DNA of 64,000 nt, taken from Elsinoe ampelina (Eukaryota). Below the pieces are notes generated by a model that was not told the DNA's origin, did not search any database, and worked only from the letters and a program-made list of their open reading frames with translations. A program made the position numbers and the translations under genes. Below, one piece after another: positions 24,649 to 38,013 of this stretch; the first letter of the stretch is position 1; every line of letters begins with the position of its first letter. The stretch lies in assembly GCA_010093995.1 (NCBI GenBank), contig ML992509.1:227588-291587 (forward strand), given 5' to 3'.

Positions 24649-25585
24649 GATGAGCAAAGGATCGAGAAGAGGTGTCAGCACACATTGCGATTGATAAGCT
24701 TCGACTTCTTTACCCTCGTTCCTGGTTCCAGCACGATACGTCTCGTGCGTCAGAGTCTGACCCTCCACGCGGCGGGTGCTGTAGACTTCGATAGTGTTGT
24801 CTACTCGACGTCACTTGCACGCTTGCAGATAGCATCACATGTCGGAAAGGTAGCAATCAGGCCCGGTCACTGTCATGTCCCGACGAGTAGCAGTGGAAAG
24901 GTGCCTGAGCTGAAATGGTTTCGACGGATCGTAGCACGAGAAATCAAGGATAATGACCGTATCGAGCCATAATTGCTCTAAAAAAAGACTGTTATGTGTT
25001 CGGTTGGAATGACCCCTCCCTGTTCTCCTCCCGGACCTTCTGGATCCCAAACGAGAGAGTCTAGCCGCCTCTGAGCGCCAGAAAGAAATAAACGGCTTGA
25101 AACAACCAATTGAATCGGCCCTGTGAGATGATGGGCCGACGAGATCGCGCGAAAAATGAGGACCGCGTGGGAGATGCCGCCGCCTACCACATTTGCCCTC
25201 ATTCAGCGTCTGCCCCGTGTGGTGGAAACCAGAAAGTCGTTCCCTTCCCTCTTCTAAGAATAGCACTCCCTCTCCTCAGTTTCCACCACCGAAACGTTTC
25301 TGCAGCATCGCAGTATCGCAGCCGCCACGAGACTGGCTAAATTGCGTCAGCGCGTTTAATACTGCAAAGGCTTCCCATAATCGACTTGATTGCTTGCCGG
25401 TCGGTCGCTATTTCGACGATTGCTCGCCCTCACTGGTATTGCGCCCGACAATCCTCACAGCGCGCGCGATCTGCAATTTCCCCAAAAGCTCTCTCCTCTT
25501 TGACCATCCGCTCCTTCGAAACCAACATCAGCCAGCCTCGAGGCCCCTCACCCGACCTGTTGGATGCTCGCCGCGACTCTTCATC

Positions 25586-27383
25586 ATGGGCAGACGCAAA
25601 ATTGAAATTCGTCCCATCAAGGACGACAGAAACCGCTCAGTGTGCGTACTTCTCCGCGGATAGTCTTACTTCTGATCATTGCTGACATGCTGGTCCTGCA
25701 GCACATTCCTTAAGCGCAAAGGCGGTCTTTTCAAGAAGGCGTATGAGCTGGGAGTATTATGTTCGGTAGATGTCGCAGTCATTATATTTGGTCACAACAA
25801 GAAGTTGTACGAGTACTCTTCAGGGGATATCAACGATACCATCGGCCGCTTCCAATATGTTAGTCCACCACTACTTCCGCTGGTGACTCCGCTGACAAGT
25901 CCAGTATGCTGGCGCACATGAACACAAGGGACCAGAAGACTTCGCCGGCAAAGGAGGTGGAGACGACGACGAAGATGAAGATGTGGACATCGGATCTCCT
26001 CCGCCAGACTCGCATTCACCACCGGAACCTGCCCAGATGACACACAACCTGCACCACCAGCCAGGTCTCCAACATATCCGACACGCTACGCCCTCTGCCT
26101 CACCGCCGATGCCCAACGGAAACATTCCTATGCAACACCGCGCTTCTCCGCAACCTGGACACATGTCTCGTCCAAACTCTCGGACTGCTATGCCTCGCCG
26201 CCCATCGAATCTTGCTCCTCCTCAATTCACACCTCCCCAAGCTCATATGGCACAGCCAGGACACGGATATCCCCAAGGACAGCAATATTACAACCCCCCG
26301 CAACATCCGAATATACCTCGCGGCCAGCCGACACCTCCTTACCCGACTCCTGCCCACACTCAAATGCAATATGCCTACATGCAAGACCAGCGACGACAGT
26401 CTGTTCCTCCCGGCTACCCACCACAACATCCAGGTCAGCAGCATCCCGGTCAGCACATTCCGCCTCCGCATCCGTCGCCGCAACCGCATCTCCAACCACC
26501 GGATCAGGAATCACTTTCGAGACGACACACACCGCAACCTCCGAATGATAATCACTATACCAGCCCGCCCATCCCTCAACCCAAGCCCCTCTCGCAAGCC
26601 AAAAACAACAGTATCTTCACCCCGATTGAGGATAGCAGATCTCTACTTGCCATGCATTGGGGTGCACCACCAACATCTGAAGCGCCGAATGAGACAAGGC
26701 CTCAGACTCTGGACGTCAACACTCAGCCGCACGACAGAATCAACGGCTCTTCACCGTTACCACCACAGAGCGCACAGTCTGCGCTTTCGGCACAGTCAGC
26801 ACCATATCCGATGTCCAACATTCCGCATAGGACAAATTCCACATCCTCTCTCCCGACGTTGGCGCCTCCATCCCGATCAAGCACGATGCAATCGGAGGCT
26901 AGAAGACCTCGACTCAAGGTGCAGATCCCTAGCGAGGCATCAGACTCTGAGCCGACCGCCGGACTTTCCGCCGTGGATACTGCAACTGGCGGACCTCAGC
27001 CTGTGCCGCCGAACAAAGGCGTCGTCCTCCCACCACCCTCGCCTTCGGCCGGCAATCCTTTGCTTTCTGCAGGCGCAAGCGGACCACCTAACCCCTTTGC
27101 GCGACCTGCTCCACCCGCTACTTCATCCTTGAACCGCGAACTCGAGACACCACTCTCTGCACTTCCTAGTCGAGTGATGGAGAGCAACATGCTCCCCAGC
27201 CCTTCAGATATATGGGGAAGCATGTTTAGCCGATCAAATAACGACAACATGATGCCGAGTCCGCTGAACTTCCAGCCGACTCCTATAGCAACGAATGGAT
27301 CCAGCTTCCGAGACGACCCAGACGACCGGAAGAGGAGAGCTGATGCGGAGCTCGCCAATAACGAAAAGAGAATTCGAACTTAG
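25586..27383 (+). CDS. RLM1: MEF2-type MADS-box transcription factor (Rlm1/RlmA)
   Basis: [19 protein letters not shown] | [30 protein letters not shown] Pro/Gln-rich tail contains RPRLKVQIP and [10 protein letters not shown]. Confidence 0.92.
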
Positions 27384-27831
27384 AGAGGGAGGCCATATGG
27401 ATTAATTTGCAACCGTGCGGTTACTTGTGCTTCTTGGATGAGCATGTCCACGTAATCCACAGCAGAGACTGTATATTCACTGGCGTTTGTGGGAGGAGCA
27501 TAGAAATCAGGGTGATGGACCTCGCGCACAACATCTGCGCATGACAATTTATCAGCTTCTCGGATCTGCATGCATACAGTGGCAGATCAAAACTTTTGAA
27601 AACAGTACATAGTATTGTAACGAACATTACGAACAAGGTCAAAGATCCACGAGACGTCACTGTTTGCTGTATATTCCCACTTCCGTGACCAGAGGCAGTG
27701 TATGAGTTGCCCCTCATTTGCACGTGATGACGCCGTGCGAGTCAAGCTCACGACCGCCCCTCTTGCTGGTGCGAAATCAACTTCGTGGATATCTGTACAG
27801 TGCCCAAACTTCCCATGCGCTGATCTGTCCA

Positions 27832-28941
27832 ATGGCTACCGAGGACGAGATACCCGATCTGGACCTCATCATCTGCGCCGCATGTGGAACGCAACACGAT
27901 GTAACGTACGAGCAAGGACTTGAGAGATGCAAGATATGCGATGTAGGGAGCTTTTCTTTCCTTTAAGACTTCCTATATGATAACGTCCCTTCGAATCGAG
28001 TCGTCATCTTCTCGAAGTTCATTCGGCCATGACCTCCCCTCCGTTCCGCCTTGCTCACATATGCTTCGCCTGCATATACTCCTCTGACTGACGCCCTCAG
28101 GACCCCCGCCAGTTCATCCCCCCTTCCGGCCAACAATGGACCTCCCTCCGTCAATCCCTCCCCCGCCACTCAAACCAATGGACCCCCGACCCCTTCGACG
28201 CCCGCATCTACCACCTCACCACCACCCCCAAAGTATCCCCCTTCCCTCCTCCCCCTTTCCCCCTCCCACTAACCCTCCCAGCTCGGGATAGGCCAACGCG
28301 CCTCCCTCCTCCTCACCCCCCACGGCGCTGTAATCTGGGACCTCACGCCGCTCCTCAGCCCCCCGCTGCTCTCCTTCCTCCGCTCCCACGGCCCCATCCT
28401 CGCCCTCGTGATCTCCCACCCCCACTTCTACACCACCCACCTCGTCTGGGCCACCCTGCTCGACTGCCCCGTGTACCTCTCCGCCGAAGACCAAGCCTGG
28501 CTCTCCCGCCCCGACCCCTCCGGGCGCCGCCGCTTCCTCACGCAGGACAGCACGGAAATCGTCCCGGGCGTCACGGCCATCAAGACGGGAGGCCATTTCG
28601 AGGGTAGTCTGGTCTTGCATTGGGACGCGCATTTGTTCGTGGCGGACAGTATCATGACTACGCCTGCAGCGGGGACGCCGAGGCCGCGGCCGGATGGCAT
28701 GGGCGCGTATAGTTTCATGTGGAGTATTCCCAATATGGTGCCGTTGGGGCCCGAGGAGGTGGGGAGGGTGTGGAGGGCGGTGAAAGGGGTCGGGTTTGAG
28801 GTGACGCATGGGTTGATGATGGGCATGGATGTGAGGGATTCGGAGGTTAAGAGGTGGGTTTTGAGGGATGCGAAGAGGCAGGTGAGGAGGATGGGGGCGG
28901 TGGGGCATTGGTTGTTGGAGGAGAGGGAGGAGGATCTGTGA
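27832..28941 (+). CDS. Metallo-beta-lactamase-fold hydrolase with N-terminal CxxC...CxxC
   Basis: ICAACGTQ...CKICD | DPRQFIP...GQQWT | LGIGQRA, then ISHPHFY, GGHFEGS, LFVADS and SFMWSIPN. Introns at 27943-28100 and 28233-28281. Confidence 0.85.
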
Positions 28942-29428
28942 GTGGTGAGGGAGAGGGCGGGGTGGAAAGTGGATGGTGCTTGGTTGGGTGTTGGTGACCG
29001 TCCGTGGCATTGATACCAGTGGGTATGTCCGTGGCAGTGAGAGGAGTGATGATTGTCATCTTGCTCTTAGGCACGATGTCATGTTTCCTTTTTGGATAAT
29101 GTACAGGCAGTCGTTGAACAAATCATTTCGAGTATGTGCTGTTACTCCATACTATGAGCGCTCACTGGCGCGGGTATCGTCCCTCTTCTGATGCTGACCA
29201 ATTCTCGCAATGCCTCTCGTCCAATCGTGATTCATACTGTACAACAATGAAAATGCCACACCTATCTCATAATCCATCTCCTCATCCAAATTCTGAGCAT
29301 CATTTCCTGAGTCATTTGTCGAGGTCTTCGTCGAGGCCATTGCCGAGGCATGACTTGGCCGCGTGGACTCTAAATCATCAATCGCGGGTGGACCTCTGTC
29401 TCTCCAGTCCGATCGTTCGGCGACACAC

Positions 29429-31357
29429 CTACATGCTCATCACACGAGCTTCTGGACCATCCCGGCCGCGCGCCCTTGCTCTTACCCCGATGACACTCCG
29501 GAGCTCTTTCATCATGTTCATACCACTCTCTCTTGCCTCTTTCCTCTCTTCGGCCCGAAGTCTCTCCTCTTGCATGTTTCTGATTCGTTCTTCTCTGGTC
29601 AACAGGCTTCGCTGCTTGGGCGGGGCTATTGCTTCAAAGACCTCTTCGTCTCCCGGAGTCGATGGCATGCTGCTTCGCGGACTAAGGCTACCTTCGCGGT
29701 CGCCATTAAGGGCACGCAGTGCATCAGCGGGGCCTCCTTCGTCGACTGATGCAAGACCATTGAAGGAGCCAGATGCGGGGCTTCGCAAGCCGGAGGACGC
29801 AAATGAGATACGTCGCTCGTGCTTGGTAATGTTGGTGCTGAGTGCATTCTTGCCAGCTTCCCAGTCGGCAAGCAGAGCATGCAGATCAGCCCCGATAGAC
29901 TCGTACTGTGAAAGAAGCGTCGGTCCCAGGTCGGTCAGGTCATCCGCGGACGAGACGGCGGTATTGGACTCTTCCCGTAAGAGTGTCATCTTGGCCTGCA
30001 AAGAGCGTATGCCAGAGGACAAGTTGGATATCTTACGGACTTGTGTCTTGATGCGGTCGGAGCTCTGCTTAGGCTGCTTTGGTGAAGGAGGAACGGCGAA
30101 CTCCTGCAGCTCTCCAAGAGCTTTTCGAAGGTTGCTGGTGTGGGAAAGAATGATCTGAGAGAGATTTTGGGCCATTTCGGTGGCGGCTCTCCAGCGCATT
30201 TGGTCTTGTGCATCGCCTCGAGACTCGAGAGACAGAAGATCACAAAGCAGAGCTCGGCGCATAACGCTGACTCTATACGCAAGGGCTCGTAAGGTTCCAA
30301 GAGATTCAGCATCGGCTCCAGCGAGTGGTTGCGTGGCAATTGAATCTTGAATGGCTTCTCGTGAAATGTCGTAAACGTCCAGATATTTGATGTAATCGTC
30401 ATAATTCACCCGTGTTTGGAGTTGAGTGTGGGTATTGACCAGCGCTTGGAGGACTTCTCTGAAAGTCCGATTAAGCTGCCGGCGAAGTGGCATGCACCGC
30501 CTCAAAACTTTCGCGTCGTCGAGTCTCGACACTGGTGGCAAAGGAGTGCTACTTCGGGATTATCAGCATGTGTAGCGGAAGTCGCTCTTACAAGTAGACA
30601 TACAACCTATAGCCCTTCGCTACCAGCTCTACTTCTTGGACCAGAGTGAGGCCCGATGTAGATGTGAGCTCGAATGATTGTAGAGCACTTGTCAGAAGTG
30701 ATGCAGCCTCGACAGCTTTTTGCCGGCGATATTTCCGGGACTGCTGACGGCTGTGGAAGTATAGACCGACGGCGAGCAGCGGAAGGGTAAGGACGATGGC
30801 AATGATCTTGCTGGTCTTTAGCTTCCCGCTTTCTGCCCATGAGTATAGGCGTACCGCTAGAAACGCAATCGCAGCAGTCATGCATGCGCCAAACCATGAC
30901 AACGCTATCGGATCTTTTCCTGATTGTTGAGGGCCTCCCGTCTCTTGCTTGTTCTGCTGCGCAGCCTGTAAAGCGCCATGATCAGGATTCTCTTCCAATA
31001 GTTGCGAAGCGATGATAATGTAGCGAAAGTGCTCCTGAAAGTGGGCGTCACCCTCGCTGATGTGCATGTTCAATGCTTTCGAGCATGCTGTGGTCGCTTT
31101 GGATACATTCGGATGTGGGAGACTGAGGTGTAAATGAAGAGAAGAAGCTCGTAATCGAGATCGAAGTGTGGGAGCGGCGCGTGGTGCAAATGTGAAGTCA
31201 TGTGGTGGACTCGAAGAGCTGTCTGATGATGCATGTTCTCCTTCATTTTTACCTTCGCCTGCTCATGTCAATTAATTTGGTGACACTTCGGATGGAGCAC
31301 AATGTTACCTTCCAGCAGACTGGCCAACGGCGTATCCTCTGCGACTATGCTCTCCAT
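29429..31357 (-). CDS. Vezatin-like protein (VezA / myosin-binding domain family)
   Basis: First exon MESIVAEDTPLASLLE. Then FRYIIIASQLL, two TM helices, QEVELVAKGYRL | S.PLPPVSRL, a coiled coil and a terminal MMKELRSVI. Confidence 0.8.
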
Positions 31358-32077
31358 TTTGGACTTTGGGCTACTATCTCAGCTTCATCGCGGTCGATTA
31401 TGGATGTTGCAATTCAAGAATTGATCGTGGAGGAGTCGAACTTTGAGAGCGGCAGACGTGCCAGGGTCAAGGTATAGATAGTGTATCAAACGGGTTCCAA
31501 CGAAGATTGATGCACGATGAGGTTGACGTGAGGTGTGTTGATTGCAGATCTACCGTGTCACCAAACGGCCAGAACAGCCAGAGCAGCCAGAACAGCAAGA
31601 TGCCGTGTCCTCTGTCGTAAGATTGCATGTGAGCTACGCCGCGTGGTCACTGGCAGGCTCGTGCCTTCAGCCACAAAATCCAAGAAAGCAATGACTCGCG
31701 CAGGAAGGATTTCTCTGAACAGGTGTGCAGATAATGATGGAGTTGCTACGTCTCTCGATCAAAGAATTGGAAGACTTCCTACTGAAGTCTGTGAGTTCCA
31801 ACCTTACCATGAAAGTGCCCGTAGCTCCAATGTAGTGAAACAACAACTGTGAGAGAATGGCCCTTGTGCGGACCCTTCCAAGGTTGTGGTTGAAAGCACG
31901 GTTGAAGGCCCCAGGAATTGAGCCTTTGAGGTGAAGCAACCCCGCGGCTCCGCAGAGCCCCCGAATCAGAAATTCTTTTCTTTGTGAAGTCGACATATTG
32001 TAACCCAACCTCATCATTTGTCTTCCAATTGATCCAACTATTCCAGTAGCGAGTTTCGACAGGTACTAATCGTAGAC

Positions 32078-33157
32078 ATGACAATCGCTGAGCTGGACGG
32101 TCTTGAGACTGTCGCACCGGCAGATTTTCATGTTCATCTTCGTGATGGCCCAATGATGGAGCTTGTTACCCCTACGGTGAGAACAGGCGGAGTCGACACC
32201 GTCTATGTCATGCCCAATCTCGTACCTCCTATTACCACGGTCAAGCATGCCCTGGATTACAAGCAACGACTACAAGCAATCGAGCCCAACGTCAACTTTC
32301 TCATGTCACTGTATCTGCATCCTTCCATCACACCAGATACGATCAAAGACGCCAAGAAATCTGGCATTACTGGCGTCAAGTCATATCCGGCTGGGGTTAC
32401 GACCAATTCATCTTCTGGAGTGGTATCATATGAGCAATTCTACCCTGTCTTCGAGGAAATGCAAAGACAAGACATGGTCCTCAACCTTCACGGAGAGGTT
32501 CCTTCAACCACAGACTCGAATATCACAGTCCTCAACGCCGAGGAATCTTTTCTGCCGACTTTGAAAGACTTACATCGGCGCTTTCCGAAGCTCAGGATCA
32601 TTCTTGAGCACTGCACGTCCGCCGCTGCTGTGGAGGCAGTCAAGTCATGTGGACCAACTGTATCGGCAACTCTGACCGCACATCATCTATCAATCATTGT
32701 GGATGACTGGGCCGGAGATCCACATTGCTTCTGCAAGCCAGTGGCAAAACTGCCATCGGATCGGAAGACACTGCTTCAGACGGCCGTATCAGGGAACCCA
32801 AAATTCTTCTTTGGCAGCGACAGCGCGCCTCATCCTGCTACCTCGAAACGCGCCGATAAAGTGTCGGCGGGGGTCTTCACACAACCAAATGTTGTGGGCA
32901 TTGTGCTTGATGCTCTTGACCAGGCTGTACAGAAAGGATTCCTTAAAGATGAAGAAATCAAGGTAGATTATGTTCGTGGCTTTTTGTCAGAGTATGGTCG
33001 CGCATTCTATGGATCGGTCGCCGAGGCAAAGGGTGATAAAGTCCGCTTCAAAAGATCAGGAACTACAATTTCATCGAGCCTCAGTAGTAAAGATGGTAGC
33101 TTTGAGGTCGTACCTTTCCGCAGAGGTCAGAGTACATGGGCTGTCGAATGGCTCTGA
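32078..33157 (+). CDS. URA4: Dihydroorotase
   Basis: DFHVHLRDG, VMPNL, KSYPAGVTTNS, LNLHGE, LEHC, FCKPVAK and FFGSDSAPH. Intronless, 359 aa. Confidence 0.96.
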   Translation: MTIAELDGLETVAPADFHVHLRDGPMMELVTPTVRTGGVDTVYVMPNLVPPITTVKHALDYKQRLQAIEPNVNFLMSLYLHPSITPDTIKDAKKSGITGVKSYPAGVTTNSSSGVVSYEQFYPVFEEMQRQDMVLNLHGEVPSTTDSNITVLNAEESFLPTLKDLHRRFPKLRIILEHCTSAAAVEAVKSCGPTVSATLTAHHLSIIVDDWAGDPHCFCKPVAKLPSDRKTLLQTAVSGNPKFFFGSDSAPHPATSKRADKVSAGVFTQPNVVGIVLDALDQAVQKGFLKDEEIKVDYVRGFLSEYGRAFYGSVAEAKGDKVRFKRSGTTISSSLSSKDGSFEVVPFRRGQSTWAVEWL

Positions 33158-33959
33158 AAGAGCCATGAGATGGCCTCGATCATGCTGCGCACGCAGCCCA
33201 GTCAGGGAAATACCACCCTTTCAGCGACACTGTAGCTGAAGATCACGATGACGAATTGCAATGAAATTAGCCTCGAAAGAAAAGCGCGGGCGAAGCGAGC
33301 AGTCATGCAGTCTTGTGCTAGCAATCAACAGTGACAAAAACAAGGACCACCGTCGGAGCAACGTGAATGGCTCTAGGACGGGTTCTCGGATTTATCATCA
33401 ACGCGAAATGCGGTCGGACAAGGGACGTCCGCTCCTCCGTTGAAGCCGGCTGACTCACGAACCTCTTCTTCCAACCCTTCATGACGTGACCTTACCTATC
33501 AACTTCACTCCATCTTGTCGCCTGGAACATTTGATCAACTTGGCCATGCTTACGCCAGGACGAGCTATTTGCAAAATGTGAAGCAGCCACAATCTGTGGT
33601 CGATGGCGTCCACCTTCGTTTGGGTTACTCATCCGCTCAACAGAACACTGGCAGGTTGTACCTTGTGACGCTCTTCAGCGGATGCTCGTCAATTAGTCTC
33701 GATTTGTGATACCATGTGTACATGTGGTAAGCACTCTAACAGACAATGATATGTGGCGGTTATGACATTCGACCAAGCTCATCGATCAAGGATGTAAGCG
33801 AACGCCTTCACGCTTTCTCATCACCGCCTAGAGCCGCAATTGTGGCCAATCCGCGAGCCAAAGTCCGCCGTCACCCGGCACATATGCCAGATCGATACCA
33901 TTTCTTTGGATAGACTCCTTCTAGTGCATCCATTGAGCAACCGCTTCCGTTCTATCTGA

Positions 33960-35152
33960 TTGCCTAACATCTGCACCGGCTCGGCCTCGCCGCGACGACA
34001 ATTCTTGCATGCTCCGTTCCGCGGTCTGTCCTTTTCTCTCTGGCCAGACTACTGGCAAAGGTGCTCGCCACTGCTAGTCAGACCGCCGTCTGACGTGCTT
34101 GGAGTGCAGTCAGTGAGGTCACCACTGCCTACCGACAAGCTGCTCTTTGCAGCGACCTTGAATTCGAGTCGCAAGTCATGGGATGTAAAAGATCTCGAGT
34201 TTCCACGTGTGAGTCGCTTCCTGCCCCTGACTATCATTCAGCAAGAATCCGCTATCATCCTTGAAGACCATAGATTGACCATGAGTGTGACCTTGCCACC
34301 TACAGATGCCGCTCAGGGGATTACGAGTACCATCAACGAGGCCTTTCAGATCGCCTCGGAGGTCGCCACGGGAGTATCTACCTGGTCACAGCATGTTCCA
34401 TTCGCAATCAGGGCTGTTAGAATGTTTAGCTCGTCAACACATTTTCAAAGCCGCAGAAGCTCGGACGAGCAGATAGATACGACCGAGACCCTACAGAACA
34501 TAGCATATCATGATCCTGAATCCGGAGGGATCCAAGAGATAGCTCAGTGGTGTCTAGATCAATGGCTACGCCTCCTTCAACAAGACACCGATAATGTCAA
34601 AATACTTTCAAATGTCGGTAGATCATGGCTTTGGAAAGCGCAGTCTATCCTGTTGAGGATACACGACAGGGAACGGAGCCCTACATCGAGCACCGGAGGC
34701 AGCACTAGTTCTTGGAGTCCCCCTCACGTGGATGGAGCCGACGGCGAGACTGATTCGATACGAGAAGCTCGTCTGCACTCTTCAGAATATGTTGAGGCAA
34801 GAGGTCTGCTGGAACCTGCAGTAGAATATCTCGACAGGGCCGTGGATATTGCAACTGGTCACAACAGCTTGTCGGCAGATCTGCTTTCATCAGTAAGCAA
34901 TTCGATGATCGACCATACATGATGCTAATATACATAAGGCTGCTGAAGCTTCAATGAGTTTAGGGAACGTAAGCAATCCGCGGTCGAACGAGCGATTCTT
35001 CCGGAAAGCTGTCAGGCTTCTGCGGTTAGCGAGGGAGAGAGGATTCGAGCTGAGTTACTCGTTAGAGCAGTAAGTTCAACTTCCATCGCAAAGGAAGGCA
35101 CACTGCTGACATGGCCAGATATCTCGAGGATTATGGACGCTTCGTTGGTTAG
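33960..35152 (+). CDS. Hypothetical helical (TPR-like) protein; 5' end uncertain
   Basis: A 320-codon frame followed by two canonical introns, giving the exons AAEASMSLGNVS...YSLEQ and YLEDYGRFVG*. The first in-frame ATG is at ~34281. Confidence 0.55.
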
Positions 35153-35548
35153 ATAGCATTTTGCATGGGAGATGAGGTCACCTGCATCGGCAACTCGAAG
35201 CCTCCTACAAGCGTTGTAATAATCATTCGCCCTTCAGAAATGTTCGGCATCAGTGTCGAGCGAAATGTTTGAATTGCAGTTGTTTGTGGTAACCTTGAAA
35301 TATGCCTGATGCTTTGATGCGGCTCTGCGCAGCTGTGGAGTGTCGAGCAACATCACCCCAAGCTTCCAAGTTGCAGTGTTGAGACTCCCACACAATCTGC
35401 ACCCTGTACTGAACACTGAAATCCCATAAGACACGATCTTGAGTCACCACTTGCGAGACCTGCGCGACCAAAAACAACCCGCGCAATCTCCATCGCATCA
35501 CTGCAGCATCCGCGCCGCATCCGTCTACCACGCATATCAGCCAGCGCA

Positions 35549-35989
35549 ATGGCTACCTCACAAATGACCGACGAGAAGCGGCTACAAATATACCCCATCG
35601 TAGGCGAGTCACTACAACACAACGCAAGAGTAAGTCCGCCATCACCAACTCCCGACCACCACAGCCTCATGCGCCATGCGCAACTCCCACCTCGATCCCA
35701 ATGATCTCCACTGACCTCCTCCCAGGTAACATCCAACATCCGAGCACTCACAGCATCACTATTCGGCGTCGCCGCCGGCGTCCTCGGTCTGGAATCATAT
35801 CCCGGCTTCGCCTTCTTCATTGCTGGGACGATAGTAGTGCAGCTGTTGGTGCTGTTTCTGCGGGCGGATGGCAAGCAAGAGAAGTTTTTCCACAGTCCAA
35901 TATCAGAGTTTTGGATAGGAGATGCGTTCTCGGGGTTCATGAGTTTTGTCTTGACTTGGACGTTGTTTTACGGGTTGGTGAGGGCGTGA
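35549..35989 (+). CDS. EMC6: ER membrane protein complex subunit 6
   Basis: Spliced product ...PIVGESLQHNAR | VTSNIRALTASLFGVAAGVLGLESYPGF...FVLTWTLFYGLVRA*. Confidence 0.88.
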
Positions 35990-36525
35990 GGGCTAGAGAG
36001 AGGGATGGGACACTTTGCAGGGGGATGGAGTTACATAGCATGCAGCGATGGAGAAGCTATGGCTGGGTCACTGCTCAGGCAAGGGAAGGATGATATTGAT
36101 GATGTCAATGTCACGGATTCAGCATGACAGAGGAGGATGGAGGGACAGAGCATTACTGTTGCAAACATATGTCAGACTCCCATGGGTCATGACAGACTTC
36201 TACGAGTCAGTCTGCAAGCGGGACGTATGAGGTCAAGGAGTCGGGGTTCTTATGTCGCCATTGCCTGCACTGGTCGTGCAGGCATTGCAAGAATATCGGC
36301 GATTGAGCGTCAGGCTGCGGCTCAGATGACCTTTACCATTCTCCTCACAAGTCACAGCACTATGAGCATGCTGCAATATACATGTTACACACCCAGAGCA
36401 ATTCAAACTCCCTCCGTGGTACTGTGTCTTGCGGGTCGCCTGCTGATTCGGCGAATCGACCGTAACGTTGACCTGATAATACTACGGTGGACCGGATAGT
36501 AGACTGTGCACAGATCAACCACTTT

Positions 36526-36542
36526 ACGCGTCCAAGTCGCGT
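36526..36542. promoter_or_regulatory. Twin MCB-like boxes upstream of PCNA
   Basis: ACGCGT at 36526-36531 and TCGCGT at 36537-36542, about 140-150 bp before the start codon. Confidence 0.65.
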
Positions 36543-36679
36543 CACGCCGCTCTCAAAGCTTCCCTCCATTAAATTCACCCGTACCAGCAAACACTCCCAC
36601 TTTTGCACTGCATCACCTTCGCACAAATCACCCTTCCGCCACTCAATATCACCTCACAAAATCGAAATCAATCGTCAAG

Positions 36680-37659
36680 AGTATGCCGCAGTCTCGACCA
36701 TGACACATCAACATGACTGACCCATGGACACAGTGCTGGAAGCCAGACTCGAGCAGGCTAACCTCCTCAAGAGGGTAATATGGTCAACACTTGTCTTCAC
36801 ACAGGGCGACTGACTTCTCTAGGTGGTGGACGCGATCAAGGACTTGGTCCAAGACTGCAACTTCGACTGCAATGACTCCGGAATCGCGCTGCAAGCTATG
36901 GACAACTCACACGTCGCTCTCGTCTCTATGATGCTCAAATCAGAATCCTTCTCCCCATTCAGATGCGACCGCAATATCGCCCTTGGCATCAACCTCACGT
37001 CACTTCAGAAGGTTCTTCGTTGCGCGCAGAATGAGGACATCCTTACTCTCAAGGCAGAAGACTCACCTGATGTTGTCAACCTGGTGTTCGAGAGCGCAGA
37101 GAGCGACAGGTTGAGCGAGTATGATATCAAGCTCATGGACATTGATCAAGAGCATTTGGGCATTCCAGAGACAGAATACGCTGCGAACATCGAGATGCCT
37201 GCCACCGAGTTCCAGCGCATCTGCCGAGACCTTATGGCTCTTTCCGAATCAGGTAAGTCGAGCCTTCGAACATCGCTTTCTAGCCCTGCTGACCCCGCAC
37301 AGTATCTATTGAGTGCTCAAAGGAAGGCGTCAAGTTCTCGTGCAACGGCGACATTGGGTCCGGTGCTGTCACTCTTCGCAGCTACACCAGCGTGGAAAAG
37401 CCCGAGCAGAACGTCGACATTCAGCTTACCGAGCCCGTCGCATTGACCTTCTCACTCAAGTACCTCGTCAACTTCTGCAAGGCAAGCGGTCTATCTAGCC
37501 GAGTGAAGCTCTGCCTTAGCGCCGAGGTGCCGTTGCTGGTCGAGTATGGGTTGTCCAACAACAGTTTCCTGCGTTTCTATCTCGCTCCCAAGGTATGTTG
37601 ATAGTCTAGCATACGCGATCTCAAGCTGACAATCGTGATAGATAGGTGAAGAGGAGTAG
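36680..37659 (+). CDS. POL30: Proliferating cell nuclear antigen
   Basis: [16 protein letters not shown] | VVDAIKDLV...[12 protein letters not shown]...| [12 protein letters not shown]...LRFYLAPK | IGEEE*. Introns at 36681-36733, 36775-36822, 37253-37302 and 37593-37641. Confidence 0.97.
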
Positions 37660-38013
37660 ATATCGAGGCGCACGACAACACGTAGCGGCGTTCAGGGGTC
37701 TGACGGATGACAGGCAGGATGAATTGTGGTACAAAAGAGTTATGCGACATGTTTTGCATCGGAGCGGCACGCTACATGAGGTATCCATGATAGATGGCTG
37801 TATCTCTTTTCAATGATACACTGTTTTAACAAATCTTGGTTGAAAGATATTCTTGTGCCCAAAAATCGCGGGATAAGCTTGGCAAGCCCTCCGCGAATTT
37901 GCGTGACCAGACACCAATTTACCCCTAAACAACACTCCTAACACGGTTTACACCCCCCATGAAGCTGTAATCAAGCTAGATAACTGACTGATATAGGATT
38001 TGAGGGTGTACTA

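Noticed and set aside
29136..30158. 340-aa + strand ORF
   Set aside because: It is antisense to the vezatin-like gene, Ser/Arg-rich and without motifs.
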